Assembly (NCBI GenBank): GCA_012295275.1
Contig: CM022665.1
Coordinates: forward strand, 18,910,001 to 18,974,000
Length of the DNA stretch: 64,000 nt
Reading direction: 5' to 3'
DNA from: Chrysomallon squamiferum
Lineage: Eukaryota > Animalia > Mollusca
The stretch's first letter is position 1; each line of letters starts with the position of its first letter. Made by a program: the position numbers and the translations under genes. A model generated the notes under the pieces. That model was not told the origin of the DNA and did no database searches. It saw only the letters and a list, made by a program, of their open reading frames with translations. This document shows positions 11,834 through 26,368 of this stretch, piece by piece.

Positions 11834-11992
11834 TGTCTTGAACCAGTGAAAGAAGGAATAGGTCGTGCATACTTAGAAAGATTTTATTTCAATTCTGAGA
11901 AAGGAATCTGTGATTCAATTATGTACACTGGTTGTGAAGTCAACAGAAATAATTTACTTTCACTCATCGACTGCATCAAAGTTTGCGAGTAA
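11834..11992 (+). pseudogene. Orphan degenerate Kunitz exon K3, open-frame variant
   Basis: CTCAG|TGT... reads CLEPVKEGIGRAYLERFYFNSEKGICDSIMYTGCEVNRNNLLSLIDCIKVCE*. Five Cys (Cys II is Gly), phase 0 acceptor, GGCxGNxNNF motif eroded. Confidence 0.7.
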
Positions 11993-14723
11993 TAAGTACG
12001 AGAACATCATTTTGACATGAGAAAGGTCTACAGGATTTTTTATCTGACACACTAATTTGTATAATAAAATGTGACAAATGCTGCACGTGTACGTGATCTG
12101 GATATTGGAAACACAACATACATAAAATGAAGTGAAAATGTTAACAGTGATAATGGATTTGAGGAACTATGGGTTCACTAAAGTCTGTAACATTGAGGCG
12201 TACAAGGAATGGCAGCTGGTAAAGGCTGTAAATTCCTCCATGAGAAATATTTTATAATCTGTTATATTAAGTTCAAATCTGAATGCACGAACTCCGGTAT
12301 TCTCCTTACTCTATCCGCTCTACACTACAGTTATATTTGAGAAATGTAGTCTACCTTTGTGAAGCAGTACTGTCATATAGTTAAATGTGAACTGAATAAT
12401 GCAAATAGGAACCAACAAAACATCATGTAAAGAGATTATCCAGCGTGAAAGAAACGAAATATGAAAATAATATTTATTGATTTAACATACATTATCCAGT
12501 ATAAAAGAAAAACAGCTATTATAAAATTTACAAAAAAATGCCATATGTTGTATAATCCAATATTTAATATGGCATAGCAACCGATATACAATCAAGTATG
12601 ACATTTCTTCTTTTATGCTATAACTGATAGCTGTTCAGAAGATGAGTTTTGGAGAGAACCAAATATTGAAATACTAAAGTAAATTTTTAAGTGACTAAAT
12701 CAGTATTAAACATAAATGTAACAAACAGACATGTCAGTGATAGGAATCAATGGCTGATCATCTAATGATATTTTTCTGGACAATATAATTCCCGATTATT
12801 TATTTTTCAGCTGGAATTTTAACTTTTCTCAAGTGATTATACTCTTTTACTCTTTGTTATTTATGTCATTTTGCAGTTTAAAGAGAAGATATAAATATTC
12901 CTGTCTCCTTTTTTCTCCTTTTCTTCAAATTTTTATTTCTGTCGTACGTTTCCCTTTTTTATTTTTCTGATTTGGCATTTTATTATTATTTTTTATTTAT
13001 TTTACTTTATTTTATTATTATTATTATTATTATTTTTTTTTTAACAATTTATGATCCAGATCATCATCATTATATTTTTATTTTATTTTACTTTATTTAT
13101 TAATATGAGTTAAAAAAACAATCTATGTTATGATAAATATTTCAATTTCATGTTGTTTGTCTTTTAAAAGAAATGTAACAGAGATCATTTTCGTGTTTTA
13201 TCACTTAACTGTACGATGTAAATTAACGTTACTAGTCTGTATTACTTTATTATGTCCTGTTTCTGGTTTTGGATGTAATATATTCAATGTTTACTTCATT
13301 AAAGCGGAAACTGTGTTGTTAAACCTTCGTCTGAAGCGTGTTGGACTCGTTAAAAACTGCTTTATGGGCCTATTACGACACTTTCCATGTTAGTCAGTGC
13401 ACTGTTTGTTTTATTAAGTATCGACGTACATGATTTTAAGGTCCATGTAGCAGGAACGAACGAGAAAACGACATAGTTTAAAAATTGGCATGGCAGCGTG
13501 AGAATAGCCTGAGACCTAACGATATTATATATATGTATAGACACACGCACACTCACATTTAAAATATCCATGTATGATGTAGTTATTCTGTCTAAACCGG
13601 ATTTACGTAGGAATGATGAAATGTGCTATTTTTTACAGTTTCCCAGTATAGACTAATGTATTCTGGAGTTACGGTTTTTGCAGTATTTTTGTTAACAGGT
13701 GAATGAAACATTATAATTATACTTACCATGAATGTCAGGTATTCGTCACATGCAGTAAATGATTTCTCTTCTTCCTTTCGTTTTAGGTCGATTGACACAT
13801 TAACCGTAACTGAAGTGACTTTTTGTATTTCTTTTGAAAACAAGGCTTCAGAATGACCTGTCCCCCAAATTGTCCTATGTTTTACATAATATATATGTGT
13901 TTATGTTTGTGTCTATGGTCTGTTTGGTTTTTGTACGTATGTATGTGTCTATGTATCAATGTTTGTGTGTATGTATATAGGTATGAATATATATGTGTAT
14001 GTATGTGTATATGCGTTAATGTCCATGCATCAATGTATGTTTGTATGTGTCCATGTATGCATGTATGTACGTATGTGTGTATGTTTGTATGTATGTAAGT
14101 ATAGATGTATGTATGACATGTTGATTAAGAGTCATTACTGTATAGCAAATGTTTGTTAAATCTGTATTTTGGTAACTGTTCACAGTAAAATGCATGTACG
14201 TTGATATTTCACTTACGTATCTACGCTTAGACGAAGGATAGTCTTGGCTGGAGGATAACCCGGTCTTGTTTTAACAGTGCAGTGTCGCCACATGTCAGCA
14301 GTTTGAAATAAAACAGAAACTACAAGTTTAACTTTAAACATTTCAACAATTTCTTCAGACCTCAATTCTCGAGCGGTTCATCAAATGTGCGACAGTGTTG
14401 GTTGACCTCCTTGGACCATGTAGATTTAACTGTGACTTTATTTTTACACATGAACTATGTGTATATAAAAAATAACCTACACAGTATGACGCAGGCTCTT
14501 ACGAAACAGTCGCGGATTTAATGGATATTTTGTTTACTTGTCATGTAGATCAAGAACAACAATCGTTTTTAAGACAAACTGTCAAGATTGTTGTAATATA
14601 CTAGGTTCTTCAAGGCGGAACGCTTCTTCATTTGTGTCAGCCTATTTAGAAAAATCATTTGTCTGACGTCTTCTACTGCGATAAAATTCCTTAGTCACAT
14701 CCGTATCAGCATCCTAAACGCGG

Positions 14724-14775
14724 TATAAGTAAGAGATAAACAAACTGAGGCTCAGACAAATCCGAACTGTCAAGG
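14724..14775 (+). promoter_or_regulatory. Candidate TATA box and non-coding exon 1 of gene A2
   Basis: TATAAGTAAGA at 14724-14734; donor GTGAG at 14776. Confidence 0.6.
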
Positions 14776-15020
14776 GTGAGCTTAATCTGCTGTTTTCTTA
14801 TTGTATTGTACGAAACTTTATTATTTTATTTAACTATATCAGAAACTGTTGTAGTAGTAGTTGTAATGGTTGTGGTTATGGTAGTAGTACTAGTATTGTA
14901 GTAATAGTAGGTGTTGTAGTGGTTTTTGAAGCGGTATTGTTAATAATATCTTTTTATCAGCAGCAGAAGTAAGAAATTTGTAGAAACAAATTAGATGTTG
15001 TAGTAGCTCTACCATTCCTA

Positions 15021-15086
<66 letters not shown>

Positions 15087-15408
15087 CAGTAGTACTAACT
15101 ATAGTAACATCAGTAATAATTGTAGTAGTACTGGTAAAAACAGTTATTGTTGTTAGTAAACAGGCTTACCTAGTAAGGAAACACAAAATGGAATGACTGA
15201 TATAAAAATTCAGAGATATTAACTTCCTTTCATTTATGTTGTTGAGATAATACGTTAGTTTCAACTTTTCCTGTTACAGTAAGATATTAAAATACATTCC
15301 TATAATTATGATTATAGATTTTGTAAATACATAAATTAGTTTTTCGTTTTATAATTTTGTATTTTTGTTATTGCTTATTGTTGTTTCTATTTGTGGGGCT
15401 TTTTAAAA

Positions 15409-15439
<31 letters not shown>

Positions 15440-15585
15440 TATGATTATTTATTTCTTACTTTATTATTATTATTATTATTATTATTATTTTTTTTTTTTG
15501 GAGCATGTTTCTGTTTTGAGAGGTTTATGATTTATTTTTATTATTTATTATTATTATTTTTTTATTATAAATTTTTAAAACACAA

Positions 15586-15621
<36 letters not shown>

Positions 15622-15724
15622 CAAGAATGCTATTTTGAATGTATTTTTAATCGCGGTTTTCTTTAAATATTACAAAGATTTAAAACTGTGTTAATGTTGC
15701 AGGTACAGCGATAAAGAAGAAGTC

Positions 15725-16342
15725 ATGAAGACATTCCTGTTTCTTTTTTGTTTCGTCCTGTTAGCCATCTGCAGCTATGGCATACGTAAGTAAATACATA
15801 AATAAAATTTGTAGGGAAAACTAAAATATTCAAAAATTCATATCAGTGTCATATTAACCAAAACTGTTGTAAATTGAAAATCAAACAAACAAATAAATAA
15901 ACAAATAAATAAATAAATAAATAAATGTTATTGAAAGAAATTTGATTCATCAAAGAAATTAGTTGAAATATTTTTTTGTTTGTTTGTTGTTTATTTTATA
16001 CCGGAAAGGTTTTTAAGATTTTATGAATTTTAAAGTCTGTTTGCATTTTTTATGACGTTTTCAGCTCCTGGAGGTAAAGGCATACTTAGACCAGGCAACA
16101 TAATGCCACAAAGACCTAGATGCCTTATGTATTGTCCTTATGGTTACGATCATTCCGAACCTTGCAGATGTCTTCCTGGTCCAAGAAATCCATGCATGGT
16201 TAGTTTTTCTTGCTGTTGTTATTTGATTCGATATACGAATTTTGATACTGTTTTACACACACGCGCACACACACACGCACACATACACACACTCACACCT
16301 ATACACAATCACAACATATTTACACAGACATGCAGACGCATG

Positions 16343-16437
<95 letters not shown>

Positions 16438-17306
16438 TACATTATATTTGATTCTTTGTATTACCGTATAATTGACGTCGTAAACGCTTTTAATAACAGT
16501 TATATAATAATTACGTGTAAAGTGTCGTACATTTTAAACAGCGCAGTTTTCACCAAATCTCCTAAACGTGCTTTCTAGTCTAAATAAAACCCACTGAAAT
16601 TTCTAGGTACCAGAATCTTTCGATAAATTACTTTGCGTGGATTTTGTGACATATTTGACAAATTTCTGCCTTCATGTTTCAGACTGTTCGTTGTGCACGT
16701 GGAATGAAATGTGTTCGAAGAGGAAACCGCGGAGTTTGTGTACGCATTGGTATCATTGGACCAAGACCAGGTTTACCAAAAGGTCAGCTACGTTTTTAAC
16801 ATAATGTAAAAAACCAAAAAAAAAAACCCCCAAAACTACCTGTCTAGTTCCTAATAACCTTAAAAAAGTATATATCAGTAATATGGATTAAGAAAATACT
16901 TTGACCAATAACGTGTATGACAGTGTGAGTGACTGTGTCTGTATGTGCGTGTGTCTGTTACAACCAGTTTACTCCCTTGTATTAAACAGTTAACAAATAA
17001 ACTATGGCCGAACTATAGCTATAAGAGTTTAACGATTACCAATATGTGAGTACAAATAGAATAAGGTTTCAGTCAATGTTCGGTGACTGCTGTGTGAACG
17101 ATTATTCTCTGTGTGATATTTCAGTCTGTCGACTGCGCAAAGTAACCGGACCCTGTCGTGCTATGCACAGACGTTTTTTTTACAACAAGAAGTCTGGCCA
17201 GTGTCAGCAGTTTATATATGGCGGATGTAGAGGGAACGGCAACAACTTCTTCACGATGGCAGAATGTCAGCAACGTTGTGGCGGATTCAGACGTAACTTC
17301 GGTTAA
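15725..17306 (+). CDS. Gene A2: secreted antistasin-like/FOLN-like/Kunitz protein (may extend to K2 at 19993-20198)
   Basis: Exons 15725-15785, 16065-16198, 16683-16782, 17125-17306, all in frame with GT-AG. Differs from A1 at ICSYG, GILRP, HSEP and NFFT. Confidence 0.9.
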
Positions 17307-17985
17307 CCTTACAGCGACTGAGTCTTCTTAAATACAGTGGTCAACATAATATAAATAATAATATGCCTCCTTTTATTTTAAAATAAATAACTGCTTTTCC
17401 CTGAAACATGTGTGCAGTATGATGTTGAATAATATATCTTGGATTGTTATGGCTAATATTTTAGAAGATATACTACATTTTCAGACCTACCCAGAGAGAA
17501 GTAAAAAGTATTCATTAATTTAAAATACGATATTATATGGAATGATAGTTACAATGGCCTCTAACTCTAAGATTATTTTTGAGTTTAATACAGAAAGTGC
17601 TAACAATCCCAGGTGCAAGGATTACATACTAAAACAAATATTAATAATAAAAAGGGGTTGACACGTCCATAAGGCCAGGAGTTCAAGCCATGATGACCCT
17701 ATTTTAAATACCTGTCTTCGCACGTCTGTCTAGTACGATAGTACTATTTGTCAGTCAGTTTATAAAATATACCTGGAAAAAAAAAAATAATATAGTAAAT
17801 AAACGTGAACAATTACAAGTAATATATTTTAATTCCTCTTTTTTTTATCTCTTTTCGACCGTTCGACTGTTTGCTCTTTCTTTCTATCATTTATTTATTT
17901 ATATCTCAACTTATTTATCTACTTATTTCTTTTTAATCCATTTACTTAGTTCATTCTTACTTTTGCCTGTCGACATAATAATACA

Positions 17986-18650
17986 CAGTGGTACCTTGAT
18001 TTACGAGTTTAATTCGTTCCGTGATCGAGCTCATAACTCAATTTGCTCGTATATCAAATCACTTTTCCCAAATGATATTAATTGAAATACCATTAATCCG
18101 TTCCAGCCCCCCAAAACCACACAATTTTTTCTCACCCGTTTTTAAATTAAAAGAATGCATTTTTAAATGACAGCTATTGTATAAAAACAAAATAAAAGAG
18201 AATCTAAAGAAATAATTGGTTTATTGAAGTGTATTTATCTTGGAGATCAGACAAATTAATTTGGGTGGAGTTACAGCCTTTATCGACTCCTTCTGCTTCA
18301 GTATGGTACATATCGTAAAATACTACGGTCCTACTGAGTAGCAAGTCGACCACATGCACACCTCGCTCATGTTTTTCTATGAATTTAAGCTTTAATTCAA
18401 TGCACATGATCCGTTTCGTGTCAGCACTGTCCTTTGCACTCGCTTTCTTAGGATCCATTGCCAGAAAAACAAAAAAAATTGGCAAAATACTGCACAAAAC
18501 GCGAACACAACACAACAGAAATACTGACGTATCTGAACCTCACTTGTAACTCGGACTTTGGCTCGCAATTCAAAGAAAAAATCGACCATACGCCTGCTCG
18601 TAACTCGGAAAACTCGTAAATTGGACCACTCGTAAGTGAGGGTACTACTG
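17986..18650 (-). mobile_element. Tigger/pogo-type deleted transposon, second copy (665 bp)
   Basis: Same ends and same insertion site as 8367-9031, so it was copied with the segmental duplication. Confidence 0.88.
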
Positions 18651-19992
18651 TATTTTCTAGGTATTTTCTGTATTAGTATAAAATAATTACACACTCAAAC
18701 ATATATTATATGTAGATATGTTTTCAAACATCATTGGAAGAAAGATAACTGTATTAAAAAACACAACTAAAAAATAAGCCTTGTAAACAAACCTCCACTC
18801 AAACAAAGCCCCAGTGAAACAAAAACAAATCAACAAGAAGAAATAATAATAAAAGAAACAGAACTGGTAATAATAAAATAAAGAAAGCACAAAAGAAAAA
18901 AAGAAGAAAAGAAAGTCGTAAAACTAAGGTAAGTAATTTATATATTATCACAGTAAATAAATATCAGTAAAGAGATGGGTTGTTACTTAGATACAGCTTT
19001 CAGTATCGTATTAGTCTCTAAAAAGCTAATTTACTTAAAAACTAAATTATATTTAATTATTTGAAGGCAGCTAAATAGACGGGTGAAAAGCAGGACGTAC
19101 AAAGAGCGTTCGTTACTAACATGAGATAATTCTTTGCTTCCTTACAAAATAAACAGCTGCTGCCTGTTGAAGCTACTAATAATAGTAATCATGGCCGTAA
19201 CTACACTGAGGCAAATATAACCGAAACTGACGATTTTTATTATTATTATTATTCATTTTTTTATATACAAATATTTTCTTTAATAAATATAAAATATAAA
19301 TGGCTAGAAATGAGGAATCTGCGTCATTCAAGTCGGACCTTCTGGGGGCCTTAAGCGGACTCCGGACCCATCGCCCAAAAAGTTTTGCCACGCCCCGATC
19401 CGCAGGGCGATTAAGTGTTTTTGCCTCATTTCATAAAGAGTCTGGTTTCGGCTAACATTACTTTTATTAGTAGTATAGTAGTAGTAGTTGTAGTCGTAAT
19501 AGTAGTAGTAACTGTTGTATTGATGGTAGGAGTAATAGTGTTAGTAGAAGCTCATGTAGTAGTAGTAGTAGTAGTGATAGTGGCAGTCCTGCTGGAGTTG
19601 TCGCTGTAATAGTAGTATCAGTAGTAATAGTAGTAGAAGTCATATTAATTGTACTAGAGTATTTGTAAGAATACTAGTAGTATTTGTTATTGTACTAGAG
19701 TATTTGTAACAATACTAGTAGTATTTGTAACAATACTAGTGATATTTGTTACTGTACTAGAGTATTAGTAACAATACTAGTAGTATTTGTTATTGTACTA
19801 GAGTATTTGTAACAATACTAGTAGTATTTGTTATTGTACTAGAGTATTTGGAACAATATTAGTAGCATTTGTACCAATACTAGTGGTATTTGTTATTGTA
19901 CTAGAGTATTTGTAACAATATTAGTAGTATTTGCAACAGTACTGGTATTAAATTAATAAATTACCAATAATTATGCGTCCTGTATTTTGCAG

Positions 19993-20198
19993 TGTGTCGA
20001 CTGCCTAAAGTTGTCGGTCCATGTCGTGCTGCTTTTAGAAGGTACTTCTACAACAGCAGCACTGGCACGTGCCAACTCTTTATTTATGGTGGTTGCCGAG
20101 GAAACCGAAACAACTTCCGGTCGCTGGCGATGTGTTATCGACGATGTGGTGGACAGGGCATGATTTTCGGAAGACGCTACAGATACGACGATGACTAA
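19993..20198 (+). CDS. Kunitz exon K2 of gene A2
   Basis: TTTTGCAG| phase 1 acceptor; same peptide as 10368-10573. Confidence 0.88.
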
Positions 20199-20354
20199 AT
20201 CATCAGCTACTGTAAATTATGTAAAAACAAAGGTGTGATAATTCTATGATTAATAAATGATCATCTGTGATATTTGTTTACTGTTAATATTTTAAATAGC
20301 ACTAGTAACAGTTAAAAGAGTAGTAGAATTATTATTAGTAGTAGTACTAGTACC

Positions 20355-20400
<46 letters not shown>

Positions 20401-20527
20401 AATAAAATATAAAATGCATCGTACATTCCATTATATTTATTTGTTGGTTTGGTTGTTTGTTTATTTGTTTATTATACATGTATTCATTTTTCTTCTTCTT
20501 TGTTTATGTTACTTTTTTTGATCTCTC

Positions 20528-20558
<31 letters not shown>

Positions 20559-20784
20559 CTGTAATAATAATACTGAACCATCACAAATATTGATATTTGT
20601 TTGCCTTTTTGACCAATTGATCATAAAAGCCTTATATTTTTATATACTCATAACATTAAAAAACTGTTTGTTCCAAATTTTTGGATGATACTGTTTAGCA
20701 TAATAATATCCATACTTTATTTTGTATGCATGTATACATACATACATACATAATACATACATAATACATACATACATACATACA

Positions 20785-20815
<31 letters not shown>

Positions 20816-21469
20816 TTGTTTCACATCATAATGAAGCGCGTGGTCTCACAGAATTGTTCCGCCTAGATGTTCCGATTGAGCTACTTTCCTGTTCCAGTCC
20901 GTGCACTAAACTGGAAACTCGTTTATATTTTCACTCAGTGCTAATACTTACAAATAACACCAGAGAGTGGCAAAACGCACAGGACTGGACTGGAAGTCAG
21001 TTACACTATATTTCTACCTGTTTTAAGTCTGAGTGTTTATTTATTATTCCTGGACACGATTACTTTCAGTGTCTTCTAAATTAGCTCTAAATGTAATAAA
21101 TGTTTTGCGTCCAGGTAAGACTGGACTGGAAGTCGACTGACTGTATTTCTACGTTTCAGTCTGAAAGTTAATTTACGATTCCTTGCTTACAGTTCCGTTC
21201 ATTGTTTTCTAACTTAGCTCTAAGTTTTCGGATTGGATTGGAAGTCGTCTGTCTGTACGTCTAGATTTTTATTTTTCCAAATTTATCGCGTTTCTCCTGA
21301 AAACCCGGGGCGTGTCATTTCTCACCTGTCTGTCATAGGTTCGCTATCACTGTCATAGTAATTAAGAAACCGTATGTGTGCATCATATTATTAACTGATT
21401 GAAACAAATGTATTTCTATCTGTGTTATTTATTTATTTATTTATTTATATATATTTTTTTTTTTCTCAG

Positions 21470-21628
21470 TGACTTGAACCAGTGAAAGAAGGAATAGGTC
21501 GTGCATACTTAGAAAGATTTTATTTCAATTCTGAGAAAGGAATCTGTGATTCAGTTATCTACACTGGTTGTGAAGACAATAGAAATAATTTACTTTCACT
21601 CATCGACTGTATCAAAGTTTGCGAGTAA
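21470..21628 (+). pseudogene. Orphan Kunitz exon K3, TGA-disrupted variant
   Basis: Same as 2137-2295, including the TGA at the first codon. Confidence 0.8.
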
Positions 21629-24354
21629 TAAATGCGAGAACATCATTTTGAATGAGAAAGGTCTACAGGATTTTATATCTGACACACTAATTTGTATAAT
21701 AAAATGTGACAAATGCTGCACGTGTACGTGATCTGGATATTAGAAACACAACATTCATAAAATGAAGTGAAAATGTTAACAGTGATAATGGATTTGAGGA
21801 ACTATGGGTTCACTAAAGTCTGTAACATTGAGGCGTACAAGAAGTGGGAGCTGGTAAAGGCTGTAAATTCCTCCATGAGAAATATTATATAATCTGTTAT
21901 AATAAGTTCAAATCTGAATGCACGAACTCTGGCATTCTCCTGAGTCTATCCGCTCTACACTACAGTTATATCTGAGAAATGTAGTCTACCTTTGTGAAGC
22001 AGTACTGTCATATAGTTAAATGTGAACTGAATAATGCAAATATGAACCAACAAAACATTTTGTAAAGAGATTATCCAGCGTGAAAGAAACGAAATATGAA
22101 AATAATATTTATTGATTTAACATACATTATCCAGTATAAAAGAAAGACAGATGTTATAAAATTTACACCAAAATGTCATATGTTGTATAATCCAATATTT
22201 AATATGGCATAGCAACCGATATACAGTCAAGTATGACATTTCTTCTTTTATGCTATAACTTATAGCTGTTCAGAAGATGAGTTTTGGAGAGAACCAAACA
22301 GTGAACTACTAAAGTAAATTTTTAAGTGACTAAATCAGTATTAAACATAAATATAACAAACAGACATGTCAGTGATAGGAATCAATGGCTGATCATCTAA
22401 TGATAGTTTTGTGGACAATATAATTCCCGATTATTTATTTTTCAGCTGGAATTTTAACTTTTCTCAAGTGATTATACTCTTTTACTCTGCATTATTTATG
22501 TCATTTTGTAGTTTAAAGAGAAGATATAAATATTCCTGTCTCCTTTTTTCTCCTTTTCTTCAAATTTTTATTTCTGTCGTACGTTTCCCTTTTTTATTTT
22601 TCTGATTTGGCATTTTATTATTATTTTTTATTTATTTTACTTTATTTTATTATTATTATTATTATTATTTTTTTAACAATTTATGATCCAGATCATCATC
22701 ATTATATTTTTTTTTTATTTTACTTTATTTATTAATATGAGTTAAAAAAACAATGTATGTTATGATAAATATTTCAATTTCATGTTGTTGTTTGTCTTTT
22801 AAAAGAAATGTAACAGAGATCACTTTCGTGTTTTATCACTTAACTGTACGATGTAAATTAACGTTACTAGTCTGTATTACTTTATTATGTCCTGTTTCTG
22901 GTTTTGGATGTAATATATTCAATGTTTACTTCATTAAAGCGGAAACTGTGTTGTTAAACCTTCGTCTGAAGCGTGTTGGACTCGTTAAAAACTGCTTTAT
23001 GGGCCTATTACGACACTTTCCATGTTAGTCAGTGCACTGTTTGTTTTATTAAGTATCGACGTACATGATTTTAAGGTCCATGTAACAGGAACGAACGAGA
23101 AAACGACATAGTTTAAAAATTGGCATGGCAGCGTGAGAATAGCCTGAGACCTAATGATATTATATATATGTATAGACACACGCACACTCACATTTAAAAT
23201 ATCCATGTATGATGTAGTTATTCTGTCTAAACCGGATTTACGTAGGAATAATGAAATGTGCTATTTTTTACAGTTTCCCAGTATAGACTAATGTATTCTG
23301 GAGTTACGGTTTTTGCAGTATTTTTGTTAATAGGTGAATGAAACATTATAATTATACTTACCATGAATGTCAGGTATTCGTCACATGCAGTAAATGATTT
23401 CTCTTCTTCCTTTCGTTTTAGATCGATTGACACATTAACCGTAACTGAAGTGACTTTTTGTATTTCTTTTGAAAGCAAGGCTTCAGATGCCCTTTCACCA
23501 AATTGTTCTATGTTTTACATAATATATGTGTGTTTATGTCTGTGTGTATGGTTTGTATGGTTTTTGTGTGTATATGTGTCTATGTATCAATGTTTGTGTG
23601 TATGTATATAGGTATGAATATATATGTGTATGTATGTGTATATGCGTTAATGTCCATGCATCAATGTATATTTGTATGTGTGCATGTCTGCATGTATGTA
23701 CGTATGTGTGTATGTTTGTATGTATGTAACTATGGATGTATGTATGACATGTTGATTAAGAGTCATTACTGTATAGCAGATATCTGTTAAATCTGCATTT
23801 TGGTAACTGTTCACAGTAAAATGCATGTACGTTGATATTTCACTTACGTGTCTACGCTTAGAAGAAGGATAGTCTTGGCTGGAGGATAACCCGGTCTTGT
23901 TTTAACAGTGCAGTGTCGCCACATGTCAGCAGTTTGAAATAAAACAGAAACTACAAGTTTAACTTTAAACATTTCAACAATTTCTTCAGACCTCAATTCT
24001 CGGGCGGTTCATCAAATGTGCGACAGGCTTGGTTGACCTCCTTGGACCATGTAGATTTAACTATGACTTTATTTTTACACATGAACTATGTGTATATAAA
24101 AAATAACCTACACAGTATGACGCAGGCTCTTACGAAACAGTCGCGGATTTAATGGATATTTTGTTTACTTGTCATGTAGATCAAGAACAACAATCGTTTT
24201 TAAGACAAACTGTCAAGATTGTTGTAATATACTAGGTTCTTCAAGGCGGAACACTTCTTCATTTGTGTCAGCCTATTTAGAAAAATCATTTGTCTGACGT
24301 CTTCTACTGCGATAAAATTCCTTAGTCACATCCGTATCAGCATCCTAAACGCGG

Positions 24355-24406
24355 TATAAGTAAGAGATAAACAAACTGAGGCTCAGACAAATCCGGACTG
24401 TCAAGG
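24355..24406 (+). promoter_or_regulatory. Candidate TATA box and non-coding exon 1 of gene A3
   Basis: TATAAGTAAGA at 24355-24365; consensus-like donor GTGAGT at 24407. Confidence 0.6.
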
Positions 24407-24820
24407 GTGAGTTGAATCTGCCGTTTTCTTATTGCATTATACGAAACTTTATTATTTTATATATCAGAAATTGTTGTAGTAGTAGTTGTAATGGTTGTGG
24501 TTATGTTAATAGTACTAGCATTGTAGTAATAGTAGGTGTTGTAGTGGTTTTGGAAGCTGTATTGTTAATAATATCTTTTTATCAGCAGCAGAAGTAAGAA
24601 ATTTGTAGAAACAAATTAGATGTTGCAGTAGCACTGCCATTCCTATAGTAGTAGTAGTAGTAGTAGCAGTAGTACTAACGGCTATAGTATTATTTTTAAA
24701 AACGCACACACACACTCCAACAAAGATGTTTTGAATGTATTTTTAATCGCGGTTTTATTCAAATATTACAAAGATTTAAAACTGTGTTAATGTTGCAGGT
24801 ACAGCGATAAAGAGAAAGTC

Positions 24821-25415
24821 ATGAAGACATTCCTGTTTCTTTTTTGTTTCGTCCTGTTAGCCATCTGCAGCTACGGCATACGTAAGTAAATACATAAATA
24901 AAATGTGTAGGAAAAACACAAATATTCAAAAATTTATATCAGTGTCATATTAATCAAAACTGTTGTAAATTTAAAAATAAATAAATAATTAAATAAATAA
25001 ATAAATAAATAAATGTTATTGAAAGAAATTTGATTCATCAAAGAAATTAGTTGAAATGTTTTGTTTTGTTTGTTTATTGTTTTTTTTTTATACCGCAAAG
25101 GTTTTTAAGATTTTATGACGAATTTTTTATGACGTTTTCAGCTCCTGGAGGTAAAGGCATACGTAGACCAGGCAACATAATGCCACAAAGACCTAGATGT
25201 CTTATGTATTGTCCTTATGGTTACGATCATTCCAAACCTTGCAGATGTCTTCCTGGTCCAAGAAATCCATGCATGGTTAGTTTTTATTGCTGTTGTTATT
25301 TGATTCGATATACGAATTTTGATACTGTTTTACACACATAAACACACAAACAGACAGACACACACACACACACACACACCTATACACAAACACAACATAT
25401 TTACACAGACGCATG

Positions 25416-25502
<87 letters not shown>

Positions 25503-26368
25503 TAAATTATATTTGATTTTTTGTATTACCGTTAATTGATGTCGTAAACGCTTTTAATAACAGTTATATAATAATTACATGTAATGTGTCGTTCATTTTA
25601 AACAGCGCAGTTTTCATGAAATCTTCTAAACGTGCTTTCTAGTCTAAATAAAACCCACTGAAATTTCTAGGTACCAGAATCTTTCGATAAATTACTTTGC
25701 GTGGATTTTGTGACATATTTGACAAATTTCTGCCTTCATGTTTCAGACTGTTCGTTGTGCACGTGGAATGAAATGTGTACGAAGAGGAAACCGCGGAGTT
25801 TGTGTACGCATTGGTATCATTGGACCAAGACCAGGTTTACCAAAAGGTCAGCTACGTTTTTAAAATAATGTAAAAAACAAAACAAAAGAAAACCCATTCT
25901 GTTAGTTACTACTTTTGCAGAACATGATAACCTTAAAAAAGTATATATCAGTAACTTGGATTAAGAAAATACTTTGACCGATAACGTGTGTGACAGTGTG
26001 AGTATGTGCGTGTGTTTGTTACTACCAGTTTACTCCCTTGTATTAAACAGGTTAAAAAATAAACTTTGGCTAAACTATAGCTATAAGAGTTTAAAGATTA
26101 CCAATATGTGAGTACAAATAGAATAAGGTTTCAGTCGATGTTCGGTGACTGCTGTGTGAACGATTATTCTCTGTGTGATATTTCAGTCTGTCGACTGCGC
26201 AAAGTAACCGGACCCTGTCGTGCTATGCACAGACGTTTTTTTTACAACAAGAAGTCTGGCCAGTGTCAGCAGTTTATATATGGCGGATGTAGAGGGAACG
26301 GCAACAACTTCCTTACGATGGCAGAATGTCAGCAACGTTGTGGCGGATTCAGACGTAACTTCGGTTAA
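24821..26368 (+). CDS. Gene A3: secreted antistasin-like/FOLN-like/Kunitz protein (may extend to K2 at 28277-28482)
   Basis: Exons 24821-24881, 25142-25275, 25747-25846, 26187-26368, in frame with GT-AG. Most differences from A1 are synonymous (TAT/TAC, TGC/TGT, GTT/GTA, CTC/CTT). Confidence 0.9.
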
